This document shows, in pieces, positions 39,862-49,719 of a stretch of 64,000 bases of DNA; positions within the stretch are counted from its first letter, which is position 1, and each line of letters begins with the position of its first letter. The DNA is taken from assembly GCA_945876945.1 (NCBI GenBank), contig CAMCQE010000003.1:5446-69445 (forward strand), read 5' to 3'. The position numbers were made by a program, and so were the translations under genes. A model generated the notes under the pieces. That model did not search any database. It was not told the origin of the DNA and was given only the letters and a program-made list of their open reading frames with translations. This DNA comes from Klebsiella pneumoniae. GTDB lineage: Bacteria > Pseudomonadota > Gammaproteobacteria > Ga0077536.

Positions 39862-40179
39862 ATGAACAAAAGACCAGCCACACTGCTGGCGGAGATGCCC
39901 GATGGGGTGTTTGGTCATGCGGCGCTGCTCGAAATCGTGGAGAACCAGCTCCGCGACCGCAATCCGCCAGAGACGGCGCTCACGCTGTCCCGCCTGAGCG
40001 CTGAAGGGTTCTCCCGCGACGACGCGGTGCATCTCATTGCCTGCGTGGTGTCGGTGGAGATCTTCGAGGTCATTCACGCCAAGCAGACTTTTGACCCCGA
40101 GCGCTTTGCGGAGAATCTGGCGGCGCTGCCGGAGCTCCCCTACGACCCTTACGCCATGGCGAGCGAGATGGTTCCCTGA
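39862..40179 (+). CDS. Hypothetical protein, 105 aa
   Basis: ORF with an ATG start. Its TGA stop shares a nucleotide with the ATG of the next gene (TGATG). No family recognised. Confidence 0.5.
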   Translation: MNKRPATLLAEMPDGVFGHAALLEIVENQLRDRNPPETALTLSRLSAEGFSRDDAVHLIACVVSVEIFEVIHAKQTFDPERFAENLAALPELPYDPYAMASEMVP

Positions 40180-42203
40180 TGCTGATTCGAAGTACCTGCC
40201 CGCGCGACTGTTACGACCGCTGTGGCTTGCTCCTGCGCGTCGCGGACGGCGTGGTCGACCGGGTTTCGGGCGATCCCTCTCATCCCCACACGCGGGGCAG
40301 CATTTGCGGTAAATGTGCGACGGCCTACAACGGTCTCTGGCTCGACGATGCTCAGCGACTGCAAACGCCGCTAAGACGCGTCGGGCCGAAGGGCGCGGGC
40401 GAATTCGTAGCCATAGGCTGGGACGAGGCCTTGCAGATGCTGGGCGGACGACTGCGCACGCTGGCCGCCGAGGGCGCCGCTGCCAGCGTCTTGCACGCCC
40501 ATTATCAAGGCACCTACTCCGCGATTGCCTGCCAGTTTCCCAATCGCTTTTTCCACCGCTACGGCGCGACGGAAATTGAGCCCAGCACCATTTGCGACAA
40601 GGCCGGCCACGTGGCGCTGGGCGCGATGTATGGCACCTCCGGCGAGGGCTTTGACCCGCGCACGCTCGCGCAGGCCAATACGCTGCTGCTGTGGGGCGTG
40701 AACCCTTCGCATAGCGGACCCATGACGGATCGCCACTGGGTGGCGGAGTTTGCGGGCACGACGATTGTGGTCGACCCGTTGAAGACGCTGACGGCGGCGC
40801 GGGCCGAACTGCATTTGCAGCTTTATCCCGGCACCGACGTCGCGCTGGTGTATGGACTGCTGGGCGTGATGCAGCGCGAGGGCCTGCTGGACGAAGCTTT
40901 CATCGCGCGCCACGTGAAGGGTTGGGCGGCGGTGGAAGCGCAGCTGCTCGCGTGCTCGCCGGCGCAGGCCGCAACGATTACCGGCGTACCGGTGTCGCTC
41001 ATCGAGGAGGCGGCAAGGACCTACGCGCGAGCGCAGTCCTTGCTCTGGATCGGCATTGGCTTGCAGCGCCAAACGCACGGCGGGGACGTCACACGCGCGG
41101 TTGGCCTGTTGCCGGCGGCGGCGGGGCAGATGGCGCGACCCGGCACCGGATTTTTATACACCAACGGCTATGAGATCGTGGGGGTTTCCGAGTCGCGCCT
41201 CACCGCCACGCATCTCGCGCCGGCGGCGCCCTTGCGCATCAGTCATATGGATTTGGCCGATGCGCTCGAAGACCCCGCGCGCTCGCGCGTCCTGTTTAAC
41301 TGGAATACCAACGTGCTGGTCTCCGCGCCCAATCAGCAGCGCCTGCGTCGGTCCCTGGCGCGGGACGATCTGCTCACCGTGGTGATTGATCTCTTTATGA
41401 CGGATACCGCGCGCTACGCCGACCTGGTGTTGCCCGCGGCGAACTTCATGGAGTTCGACGATCTGGTGTTCTCCTACTTTCATCGCACGGTCTCGGCCCA
41501 GGTCAAAGTGCGCGAGCCGGTAGGGGACGCGCTGCCGAATCAGGAAATCTTCCGGCGCCTGGCGCAGGTGATGGGCATGACCGAGCCCGAATTATTCGAA
41601 ACCGACGAAGCGCTGATTGCCGACCTGCTGGCGCAGGCGCGGCCCGGCACTTCGTTTGCCGATCTCGCGCAAGTGGGCACGCTGTTCGTGAGCGATGAGA
41701 TCCGTCCGCAGTTTGCCGATCTGGCGTTTGCCACGCCCAGCGGCCGCATCGAAATTGATGCGGAGACTTTTTTGCAGGCCGGTTTGGCGGCAGCCCCGGC
41801 AGTGCGGGCCGACGCGCGCGCGCCTGACCACGCGCTGCGGCTGATCAGTCCTTCGCATCGCTGGTTGATGAATAGTACCTATGGCAACGATGCTGCAGTT
41901 CGGCGCCAGATGGGGCCTGATGCCTTGTTGCTGAACGCCGCAGACGCTGCCATACGGCAACTCGCGACGGGGCATTGGGTGGAGGTGCACAGCGCGGCCG
42001 GCAGCTTGCGGCTGCAAGTGGAAGTCTCGGATGTGCCGCCGCCGGGCGTGGCGGTTTGCTACAAATCGCGCTGGCTGCAGTTCGATGGGCAGCAGGCCAA
42101 CGTCAACGTGCTGAACCCCGGCTTGCGCGGGGACCTGGGCGATGGCACGGCCGTGAACAGTCTCGATATCACCCTGCGGCCGGTTGCCGCGCCCATGAGC
42201 TGA
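40179..42203 (+). CDS. Molybdopterin (bis-MGD) oxidoreductase, cytoplasmic type
   Basis: N-terminal Fe-S cysteine motif CPRDCYDRCG..(CGKC) without a Tat signal. MopB-sized catalytic region and a C-terminal beta-barrel-like tail; 674 aa. Confidence 0.8.
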   Translation: MLIRSTCPRDCYDRCGLLLRVADGVVDRVSGDPSHPHTRGSICGKCATAYNGLWLDDAQRLQTPLRRVGPKGAGEFVAIGWDEALQMLGGRLRTLAAEGAAASVLHAHYQGTYSAIACQFPNRFFHRYGATEIEPSTICDKAGHVALGAMYGTSGEGFDPRTLAQANTLLLWGVNPSHSGPMTDRHWVAEFAGTTIVVDPLKTLTAARAELHLQLYPGTDVALVYGLLGVMQREGLLDEAFIARHVKGWAAVEAQLLACSPAQAATITGVPVSLIEEAARTYARAQSLLWIGIGLQRQTHGGDVTRAVGLLPAAAGQMARPGTGFLYTNGYEIVGVSESRLTATHLAPAAPLRISHMDLADALEDPARSRVLFNWNTNVLVSAPNQQRLRRSLARDDLLTVVIDLFMTDTARYADLVLPAANFMEFDDLVFSYFHRTVSAQVKVREPVGDALPNQEIFRRLAQVMGMTEPELFETDEALIADLLAQARPGTSFADLAQVGTLFVSDEIRPQFADLAFATPSGRIEIDAETFLQAGLAAAPAVRADARAPDHALRLISPSHRWLMNSTYGNDAAVRRQMGPDALLLNAADAAIRQLATGHWVEVHSAAGSLRLQVEVSDVPPPGVAVCYKSRWLQFDGQQANVNVLNPGLRGDLGDGTAVNSLDITLRPVAAPMS

Positions 42204-42216
42204 GGACGCGAACCCC

Positions 42217-42567
42217 ATGAGTATCAGTCCCCCCAATCTGTTTACCTGCGTGAGCCAGTATCTGAAATCGCCCGACGAGATCGCGCCGCATATTCCGGCC
42301 CATATCGAATGGCTGGGCGAACTGGATGCCGCCGGCAAACTCGTGACCTCCGGACGACAGGTGCCGCCCGCCGGCGGCGTGATCGTGATGGCGGGTGACA
42401 GCCGCGAGGCCGTGCAGGCGCTGCTGGCCACCGATCCCTTTGCGCTGCATGGCTGCGCCGCTTACTGGATCTTCGAGTTCGAGCTTAATCCCGAGCCTGT
42501 TCGCGGGCGGCTGATGGATTACTTCGTTAGCGACGCCTTTACCGCGCAAAACCGCGAGCACGACTGA
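42217..42567 (+). CDS. YciI-family protein
   Basis: 116 aa; H..WL....G.L..SG pattern (HIEWLGELDAAGKLVTSGR) and DPF motif (LLATDPFALHG). Confidence 0.7.
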   Translation: MSISPPNLFTCVSQYLKSPDEIAPHIPAHIEWLGELDAAGKLVTSGRQVPPAGGVIVMAGDSREAVQALLATDPFALHGCAAYWIFEFELNPEPVRGRLMDYFVSDAFTAQNREHD

Positions 42568-42612
42568 GCGCTTTGCCCGCCAATGAAGGATTCAAACCAC
42601 AAGGAGCCGTTG

Positions 42613-43848
42613 ATGGTCAGTCCTGCGAGCCCTGCCTCTGCGAACCCGCCGCCGGACGACGTGCTGGGGCCAGCGGCGATTGCCGATCCGCACGGTTTTT
42701 TTCGGCGCCTGCGCGAACACGATCCGGTGTTCTGGAGCGCGCGACATCAAGCCTGGATTGTGACCAGCCATACGGAAGTCGACCGCGCCTTCAAGGACAA
42801 GACGCTGTCCTCCGCGCGCGCCATGGCTGGCTTCCGCCACAAGCTGGCCGAGCGCCACGCCGGCCTGATGCAACACGCGCTGTCGCTGCTCGACGGCTGG
42901 ATGCTGCTGAACGATCCGCCCGACCACACCCGACTCCGCGATCCCGTACGGCGCAGCTTCACGCCCGCGTTCGCCGCCTCCCTGATGCCAAAAATTGGGC
43001 AGCGCGTGGATGAACTGCTGGACGGTCTGCGCGATGACGCTGAGCTGGTGGGAGACTTCGCGCAGCCGCTGACGGCGCTCGTGATCTGCGACCTGCTGGG
43101 CGTAGACGCCGCCGAGCGCGAATTTCTACGCCAATGGACCCGGGACTACGGCCAGCTGATTTACGGCGCGTCCTCGCATCAGGCGGGCTATGCCGAAGCG
43201 GTGGGGCGGGCGGGCGACGAGTTCTATGCGCGCTTCAGCGCGGTGATCGCCGCCAAGCGGCAGCAGCCGGGGCCGGATCTCATTTCGCATCTGCTGGTCA
43301 CTTCCGAGCGCGAGCAGTGGACCGACGCCGAGCTGCTTGGCACCTGCTCCATGCTGTTGTTCGCCGGTCACGACACCACCTCCGCGCTGATTGCCTCCAG
43401 CACGCGAGCTTTGATGCTGCATCCGGAATCACGCGCAGCGTTTGAAACGCAGCCGGCTTTGGTGGATTCAGCGGTCGAAGAATTTCTGCGCTACGACGGC
43501 CCGTCGAAAACCTTTGTGCGGGTGGCCAACGACACCCACGAACGCGGCGGGCATGTGATTGAAGCGGGCCAGCCGCTGTGGCTATCGACGCTGGCGGCCA
43601 ATCAGGATCCGGCGGTTTTTGTCTCACCTGAGGAGCTGCGGTTAGCGCGTGATCCCAATCCGCATCTGGGCTTCGGCGCGGGGATTCACTTTTGCGTGGG
43701 CGCATCGCTGGCGCGCGCCGAAGCGCGCACGGCCTTGCCGAAACTCTTTGCGCGCTTTCCCAAATTACGGCCGGCGACTCTCGATTTCGAATGGAGCCCG
43801 ACCTTGGTCGATCGCAGCCTGTTGCGGCTGCCCGTGCGATTGGATTAA
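42613..43848 (+). CDS. Cytochrome P450
   Basis: Heme-thiolate loop FGAGIHFCVGASLA, I-helix AGHDTT and EFLRYD (ExxR). The ATG at 42613 has AAGGAG at 42601-42606; the track start at 42583 lacks an SD. Confidence 0.9.
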   Translation: MVSPASPASANPPPDDVLGPAAIADPHGFFRRLREHDPVFWSARHQAWIVTSHTEVDRAFKDKTLSSARAMAGFRHKLAERHAGLMQHALSLLDGWMLLNDPPDHTRLRDPVRRSFTPAFAASLMPKIGQRVDELLDGLRDDAELVGDFAQPLTALVICDLLGVDAAEREFLRQWTRDYGQLIYGASSHQAGYAEAVGRAGDEFYARFSAVIAAKRQQPGPDLISHLLVTSEREQWTDAELLGTCSMLLFAGHDTTSALIASSTRALMLHPESRAAFETQPALVDSAVEEFLRYDGPSKTFVRVANDTHERGGHVIEAGQPLWLSTLAANQDPAVFVSPEELRLARDPNPHLGFGAGIHFCVGASLARAEARTALPKLFARFPKLRPATLDFEWSPTLVDRSLLRLPVRLD

Positions 43849-43860
43849 AGCGGCGGCCGC

Positions 43861-44274
43861 TTAGTCGAAGTAAAACTGGTTCAGCCGCCAGCCATCGGTT
43901 TTACGCCGGTAGGTGAGCATGATCTGGCGCTCGCCGCCCGCGCAGCTCAGCACAAAATGCAGCCGGTAAAACGATGACGCGAAGCGCTCTGCATCGCTCA
44001 GGCTTGCGCGCTGGCACGCGCCCAGCGGGGCGAGGTGCGCGGGAAGTTCGCGCTCGGCCCAGTCGAGATTGCGCTGCACCTTGGGATCATCAAGATGGGA
44101 TTCGGCGCGCGCGGTGGTGAGTGCGGCGACCGCGCCCTCAGTGCGCAGTTGGGCGATCAGCGCCAGCGCGCCTTCGCGGATTTGCTCGTGCGTGCGGTAG
44201 GGCACCTCGGCGGCGTTTGCGCTACCGCCGAGCGCGGACAGCAAAGCCAAGGCGACACCCGCGATGCGCTTCAC
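43861..44274 (-). CDS. Hypothetical secreted protein
   Basis: Signal-peptide-like VKRIAGVALALLSALGGSANA from the GTG at 44274. The track ATG at 44316 would overlap the upstream cupin gene. Confidence 0.5.
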   Translation of the reverse strand: MKRIAGVALALLSALGGSANAAEVPYRTHEQIREGALALIAQLRTEGAVAALTTARAESHLDDPKVQRNLDWAERELPAHLAPLGACQRASLSDAERFASSFYRLHFVLSCAGGERQIMLTYRRKTDGWRLNQFYFD

Positions 44275-44281
44275 GCCACCC

Positions 44282-44824
44282 TCAGCCAGCGCGTTCCACC
44301 AGATTGCCTTCGGCATCCAGCGTTAAGCCGGCCGCTTCGGCCATCACTTTCATGGAGGCCGGCCAGCCCACGCGACCCGGATCGTTACCGCCCACCACGG
44401 CCAGCATCATCGCGGTTTCGGTGCCCACATTCCGGAAGCCGCGCATCACATGCACCGGCAGCGAGATGACGTCATAGGGTTCGAGAATGAGTTCCTTCGC
44501 CCCTTCCGGGCCCCAGAAAATCGACCAGCGGCCGGTCAGCGGCATGAAGACTTCCTGCGTGAGATGCGAATGCAGCGCCGCGCCTTTGCCGGGTTCCGCG
44601 CGAATCATGGCGAGATGAAAATCCTGCGCCGGAATCTGCGGACGCATGCTCGCGTCTTCCTGCACGCCGTTGCCAATGATGCTGAAAATCTCGCGTTCGT
44701 GGCCCGGTATGCGGGTGTCGATGAACGCCTTGTCGGAGCTTTTCTGATCTTTGAAGCGCGCCACCTGCGCTTCCATTTCGGCGACGGAAAAATCGAGGTC
44801 CGAAACACTTGCCGTTTCAACCAT
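44282..44824 (-). CDS. Cupin-domain protein
   Basis: GKGAALHSHLTQEVFMPLTG .. ISLPVHVMRGFRN cupin motifs. Started at the ATG at 44824 (MVETASV). Confidence 0.65.
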   Translation of the reverse strand: MVETASVSDLDFSVAEMEAQVARFKDQKSSDKAFIDTRIPGHEREIFSIIGNGVQEDASMRPQIPAQDFHLAMIRAEPGKGAALHSHLTQEVFMPLTGRWSIFWGPEGAKELILEPYDVISLPVHVMRGFRNVGTETAMMLAVVGGNDPGRVGWPASMKVMAEAAGLTLDAEGNLVERAG

Positions 44825-44958
44825 GACACGCTCCCTTTGATGAGTCTCTCGTAGCCTAGTGTCGCCACCACTCTTGGGCAATGACTCGGGGTGGGATCTT
44901 CCGGGCGGTGGCTGGCGTAACATGCCGCTCATCATTCAAGGTCAGGGCGGAGTCCGTT

Positions 44959-46443
44959 ATGCAAGCTGTAGACGTGATCATTATCGGCGCCGGTCTTTCT
45001 GGCATTGGCGCGGCCCGGCAACTGCAGGACAAATGTCCCGACCGCAGTTTTCTCATCCTTGAAGGGCGCGCCACGATAGGCGGCACCTGGGACCTGTTTC
45101 GCTATCCCGGCATTCGCTCGGACAGCGACATGTACACCATGGGCTACGACAGCAAACCCTGGCAGGACGCCAAAGCCATCGCCGACGGGCCGTCGATTCT
45201 GGCCTATGTGAAGGAAGCGGCGAGCGAGCGTGGTCTCGAGCAAAGCATCCGGTTTCAGCATCGAGTGACGTCCGCCGCGTGGTCGAGCACCGAAGGGCGC
45301 TGGACCGTGGAGGCGGAGACGGGCGACGGCGAGCACGTGCAGTTTGCGTGCAATTTCCTTCTGGTGTGCAGCGGCTACTACAGCTACGAAGGCGGCCATC
45401 AGCCCGACTTTGCCGGGCTTGCCGAGTTCAAGGGCGACGTGGTGCATCCGCAGGCCTGGCCGGAAGGCTTCGATTACCGCAACAAGCGGGTAGTGATCGT
45501 GGGCAGCGGTGCGACCGCCATGACCCTGGTGCCAGCGATGGCGCGCGAGGCGGCCAAGGTCACGCTGCTCCAGCGCTCGCCAACATATGTGGTGTCCCTG
45601 CCGGCGGAAGATGCGGTGGCCAACTGGCTCAAGAAACTGCTGCCGGCGAAGCTCGCCTATCGCCTTATTCGCTGGAAGAACGTGCAGTTTCAGCGCTATG
45701 TGTATCGCCAGACGCGGGTGGCGCCAGAGAAAGTGCGCGCGCAGTTGCTGGGCATGGTGCGTAAACTTCTCGGGCCGGATTACGACGTCGACAAGCACTT
45801 CACGCCCAGCTACAAGCCGTGGGACCAGCGACTGTGTCTGGTGCCCGATGCGGATCTCTTCAAAGCGATTAAATCCGGGAAGGCCGAGGTGGTGACCGAC
45901 CACATCGCCCAGTTCACCGCCAACGGGATTCGCCTGCAATCTGGCGCGGAGTTACCGGCAGATGTGGTGGTGACGGCCACGGGTCTCGAGATGGCCTTGC
46001 TCGGCAAGGTCGCGTTTTCGGTAGACGGCGCGCCGGTCAATTTTGCCGAGACCTGGTCGTACAAGGGCATGATGTTCTCGGGCGTGCCCAATCTTATTTA
46101 TACGCTGGGCTATATCAACGCCTCGTGGACGCTGCGCTCCGAGTTGGTGTCTGAATTTGCCTGTCGCTTGTTGAACCACCTCAAGGCGAAGGGCTTGCGG
46201 CTATGCACGCCAACGCTGCGTGAGAGCGATCGCGATATGCCCCAACGGCCGCTGATCGACGGCTTCAATCCGGGATATCTGCAGCGCGCGATGCATCTTT
46301 TTCCGCGCACCAGCGACCGCGCGCCCTGGCAGAACAAGCAGAACTATCTGGACGACCGCGAGCACTTTCGCAATGACCCGCTGGAAGACGGCGTGCTGAA
46401 GTTTGCGGGAGCTGCGACGGCGGGGGCGCGCCACGCTGCCTGA
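44959..46443 (+). CDS. EthA-like Baeyer-Villiger/flavin-containing monooxygenase
   Basis: Rossmann VIIIGAGLSGIGAA, fingerprint FKGDVVHPQAWP, second motif VVIVGSGATAMT. Started at the ATG at 44959. Confidence 0.85.
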   Translation: MQAVDVIIIGAGLSGIGAARQLQDKCPDRSFLILEGRATIGGTWDLFRYPGIRSDSDMYTMGYDSKPWQDAKAIADGPSILAYVKEAASERGLEQSIRFQHRVTSAAWSSTEGRWTVEAETGDGEHVQFACNFLLVCSGYYSYEGGHQPDFAGLAEFKGDVVHPQAWPEGFDYRNKRVVIVGSGATAMTLVPAMAREAAKVTLLQRSPTYVVSLPAEDAVANWLKKLLPAKLAYRLIRWKNVQFQRYVYRQTRVAPEKVRAQLLGMVRKLLGPDYDVDKHFTPSYKPWDQRLCLVPDADLFKAIKSGKAEVVTDHIAQFTANGIRLQSGAELPADVVVTATGLEMALLGKVAFSVDGAPVNFAETWSYKGMMFSGVPNLIYTLGYINASWTLRSELVSEFACRLLNHLKAKGLRLCTPTLRESDRDMPQRPLIDGFNPGYLQRAMHLFPRTSDRAPWQNKQNYLDDREHFRNDPLEDGVLKFAGAATAGARHAA

Positions 46444-46497
46444 TGGGGCTCAGTAATCAGCGTCTAAAAAAGAACAACACAGGGAGAGGGAGCCCGC

Positions 46498-48123
46498 ATG
46501 TCGGCAAGTTATCTGGAAAGGGATAAGGCCCCGCGGCGGGTCGATGCGGTCGTTATTGGCGCCGGCTTCGCCGGTCTCTACGCGGTCTACAAGCTGCGCG
46601 AGATGGGGCTTTCGCATGCGGCCTTTGAGCAGGGCGGCGGCGTAGGCGGCACCTGGTACTGGAATCGCTATCCGGGTGCGAGCTCTGATTCCGAGTCCTG
46701 GGTCTACGCCTATTCCTTTTCCGAAGCGCTGGAACAGGAGTGGACCTGGAGCTGTCGGTTTCCGGGGCAGGCGGAAATTCTGCGCTACCTCGAACACGTG
46801 GCCGATCGGTTTGAGCTCCGCCCGGCATTTGCCTTCAACACTCGCGTGACCGCCGCGACCTACAACGACACGGCCGGTTTATGGCGAGTGGAGACCGAGC
46901 ACGGCGAGCAGGTGCTCGCGCAGTTTCTGATCACCGCGGTGGGCTGTTTGTCGGCTGCGCAGGTGCCACAGGTCGCCGGGCTCGAGGACTTCAATGGGCG
47001 CTGGTATCACACCGGGCAATGGCCGCACGAGGGCGTCGATTTCACCGGTTTGCGGGTGGGCGTGGTGGGCACCGGGTCGTCGGGCATCCAATCCATTCCG
47101 GTGATCGCGCAACAGGCGGCGCATTTAACCGTTTTCCAGCGCACGCCAAATTTCAGCGTGCCGGCCCGCAATGCGCCGCTGTCGCCCGATCAAATCGCCG
47201 ACCTCAAAGCCAATATCAAAACCATCCGTGAGACCTGCCGCTGGTCGACCATCGGCCAGCCCTACGACTGGAAAGCGGATGAGGCCTTGAAGCAAAGCCC
47301 GGCAGCCCTGCGGGCGCAGTTCGAAGCGGATTGGGCCAAAGGCGGTTTTGAATGGATGTTCGGCAGCCTTTGCGATCTGCTTGCCGACCCCGCCGCCAAT
47401 GCGCTGGCCGCCGAGTTTGTACGGGATAAGATTCGCAGCGTGGTGCACGATCCGGTCACCGCCAACAAGCTCGTGCCCCAGGGCTATCCCATTGGCACCA
47501 AGCGGCTACCGCTCGACGCCAACTACTTCGAGACCTTTAACCGCCCGAATGTGGCCTTGGTGGATGTGCGCGAAACGCCGATTGAGCGCGTGGTCGCGAC
47601 CGGCATCCGCACCAGCGCACAGACCGTTGAGCTCGACGCGATCGTCTTCGCCACCGGCTTTGACGCCATGACCGGCCCCTTGAACCGCCTCGGCATTCGC
47701 GGTCGCGCCAATACGCCGCTCGCCGCCAAGTGGTCGGCGGGCCCGCAGACTTATCTCGGCGTGTGTACGCGGGGCTTTCCGAATTTATTCATGGTGACCG
47801 GGCCGGGGAGTCCGTCGGTGCTGGGCAATATGCCCACGTCTATCGAGCAGCATGTGGACTGGATTTGCGAGTTGCTCACGCATCTGCGCGCCGTGGGCGC
47901 CACGACCGTTGAGCCGACCGCCGAGGCCGAAGCGCAATGGGGCGCGCATGTGAAGGAGTTGGCGGATGGCACGCTCTTTCCGCAAGCAGATTCCTGGTAC
48001 ATGGGGGCGAACATTCCCGGCAAGCCGCGCGTGTTCCTGCCGTATATCGGGGGTTTCGGGACGTATCGAAAGCTGTGCGCCGAGATTGCCGCGAACGGAT
48101 ATGAGGGTTTCAGGATTGCGTGA
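46498..48123 (+). CDS. Cyclohexanone-monooxygenase-like Baeyer-Villiger monooxygenase
   Basis: AVVIGAGFAGL, GGTWYWNRYPG, fingerprint FNGRWYHTGQWP, and VGVVGTGSSGIQ; 541 aa. Confidence 0.9.
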   Translation: MSASYLERDKAPRRVDAVVIGAGFAGLYAVYKLREMGLSHAAFEQGGGVGGTWYWNRYPGASSDSESWVYAYSFSEALEQEWTWSCRFPGQAEILRYLEHVADRFELRPAFAFNTRVTAATYNDTAGLWRVETEHGEQVLAQFLITAVGCLSAAQVPQVAGLEDFNGRWYHTGQWPHEGVDFTGLRVGVVGTGSSGIQSIPVIAQQAAHLTVFQRTPNFSVPARNAPLSPDQIADLKANIKTIRETCRWSTIGQPYDWKADEALKQSPAALRAQFEADWAKGGFEWMFGSLCDLLADPAANALAAEFVRDKIRSVVHDPVTANKLVPQGYPIGTKRLPLDANYFETFNRPNVALVDVRETPIERVVATGIRTSAQTVELDAIVFATGFDAMTGPLNRLGIRGRANTPLAAKWSAGPQTYLGVCTRGFPNLFMVTGPGSPSVLGNMPTSIEQHVDWICELLTHLRAVGATTVEPTAEAEAQWGAHVKELADGTLFPQADSWYMGANIPGKPRVFLPYIGGFGTYRKLCAEIAANGYEGFRIA

Positions 48124-48157
48124 AAGGCGGCAGAGCCGGAGGGGCTCGAGGGGGGGG

Positions 48158-48832
48158 TTAGATCAGCGCCAGTAGCTGGTTGCTTCGGGTCTCCTCGCCG
48201 CGATAGCGACGGAGACCTTCGGTCTGACTGCGAGACAGCCGAGGCGTTTCTTCTTCGAGGGTGATCGGGCCGGGCGGATTGGCCGCTTTGACATTGGACT
48301 GACGCGCCAGTTCGGTTGCCGCCTCCAGCGCCATCTGCCCGGCGACGGCGGCGATATTGCGGTCTTGTTGCGAAGGCTGGGCGGGGGCGAGGGCGGCGGC
48401 CTGAATTTTCCGCGCGATGGCGAGCGTTTCTTCCGGCGTTTGTCCCTTGCGCAGGCTGAGCGAGACTTCGCCCCCTACGGCGTAATTGACCCCATTTGGG
48501 CCTCGTTGGTAGGTGAATCTCGCAGGGCCGGTGGCCAGACCGCCGGCGGTGGAGAGATGGGCTTGCTCATGCGCACGCACCTCGCGGTCGCGCGCTTCCA
48601 GACTTGCCAGTTGCCGCTGCTCTTCCGGGGAGCGTTGTTGTTCGTCCTGACCGCGAATGACCCGATCTTTTGCCTGAGTCGTCGCGTCTGCCTGTTCGTT
48701 CGGTGGCGTCTCGCGGACGGTATTCGCCGTTGGCGTTGCGGCGATGGATTGCGGGGCACGCGTGGCGCGCGAGGCCGTGGCGTTCATCAACGCATACGGC
48801 GCTACGACTGCCATGACGCCTGCGATCGCCAT
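48158..48832 (-). CDS. SprA-related / putative metalloprotease family protein
   Basis: The core LEARDREVRAHEQAHLSTAGGLATGPARFTYQRGPNGVNYAVGGEVSL matches my memory of the SprA-related family signature (RD.EVR.HE.AH .. G.P.F.Y..GPDG..YA.GGEV). Confidence 0.6.
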   Translation of the reverse strand: MAIAGVMAVVAPYALMNATASRATRAPQSIAATPTANTVRETPPNEQADATTQAKDRVIRGQDEQQRSPEEQRQLASLEARDREVRAHEQAHLSTAGGLATGPARFTYQRGPNGVNYAVGGEVSLSLRKGQTPEETLAIARKIQAAALAPAQPSQQDRNIAAVAGQMALEAATELARQSNVKAANPPGPITLEEETPRLSRSQTEGLRRYRGEETRSNQLLALI

Positions 48833-49116
48833 CCCTCACCCGTCCCTCTGATTCCAAGTCCCGATTTTTTACCGGGAGCCCCGCGATTTTCAATCACTAC
48901 GTGCCGCAAACCGGGCTCGTATCACGAACTGTCGATCCAGCCCGGCAGCAGTTAATCGGTTCTATCGTTTTTATCGCTTTCGGTCAGCGGGTTTTTGCGG
49001 GGTGGCGCCCTGAACAGGCGGCGGGCGTCTTGAAGGTGAGGAAGGGTGGCGCTGATGGGGCTCAAGGCCCGAGCAGCCGGTGGCCGTCGGGCGTTGAACG
49101 CTCAGTGCACAGACGC

Positions 49117-49575
49117 CTAGTTTTTTCTGGCGAGAGACTTCAACAGGGCAACGTCGTTGGCGGCAGCGCGCATGCGCTGGGCGAGACCGCGGGAGAGTGC
49201 GTGATAAAACGCGTAACCAAACGGCGCGTCCTGTTCGGCGAGGGCGTTAATGGCCTCGCCGGAGATCACCAGCACTTCGCTGTCTTCCAGTGCGCGGATC
49301 GTCGCGGCACGTTTGTGCTCGGCAGATGCCATCGCCATTTCGCCAAAGTACGAGCCGCTGCCGATGGTGGCAACGTCCTGGTCGCTGTCGCCTTTGGTCG
49401 CTCGCACGCTCCCGAGTACCAGCACAAACAGCTCACTACCGCTGGCGCCTTCGCGGCAGATTTCTTCGCCTTGAGGAAAGCGGGTGGCTTTGGCGAGTGC
49501 GGCCAACTTGGCGAGTTCGGCCTCTGGCATTGCCTCAAAAAGCCGGGTCTGACGCAGCGCGCGCATGTTGTCCAT
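49117..49575 (-). CDS. Cyclic-nucleotide-binding domain protein (no DNA-binding domain)
   Basis: cNMP-binding beta-roll with FGEMAM .. RAATIRA. At only 152 aa there is no HTH. Confidence 0.75.
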   Translation of the reverse strand: MDNMRALRQTRLFEAMPEAELAKLAALAKATRFPQGEEICREGASGSELFVLVLGSVRATKGDSDQDVATIGSGSYFGEMAMASAEHKRAATIRALEDSEVLVISGEAINALAEQDAPFGYAFYHALSRGLAQRMRAAANDVALLKSLARKN

Positions 49576-49719
49576 AAAAATCCTTGCTGATGAAGAGGTA
49601 AGTCGGGGTTGGACTATAAGAGGGCGGCATTGTGCTGTGCAAGGTAGCCCCCTTTAACGCGCGGTCGGGGCGCGATGAACGGGGCGGGGCTCGCTTGGCG
49701 AAACAATTCAGGGTGCCGC

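Noticed and set aside
42573-43013. Alternative-frame 146-aa ORF overlapping the 5' part of the P450 gene, and the track start of the P450 at 42583.
   Set aside because: The P450 frame carries all family motifs. The ATG at 42613 has a canonical AAGGAG SD, whereas 42583 and the other frame have none.
48150-48157. G8 homopolymer between the convergent BVMO and SprA-related genes.
   Set aside because: It lies at the 3' ends of both genes, so slippage would not change any reading frame or promoter spacing, and no hairpin partner is present.
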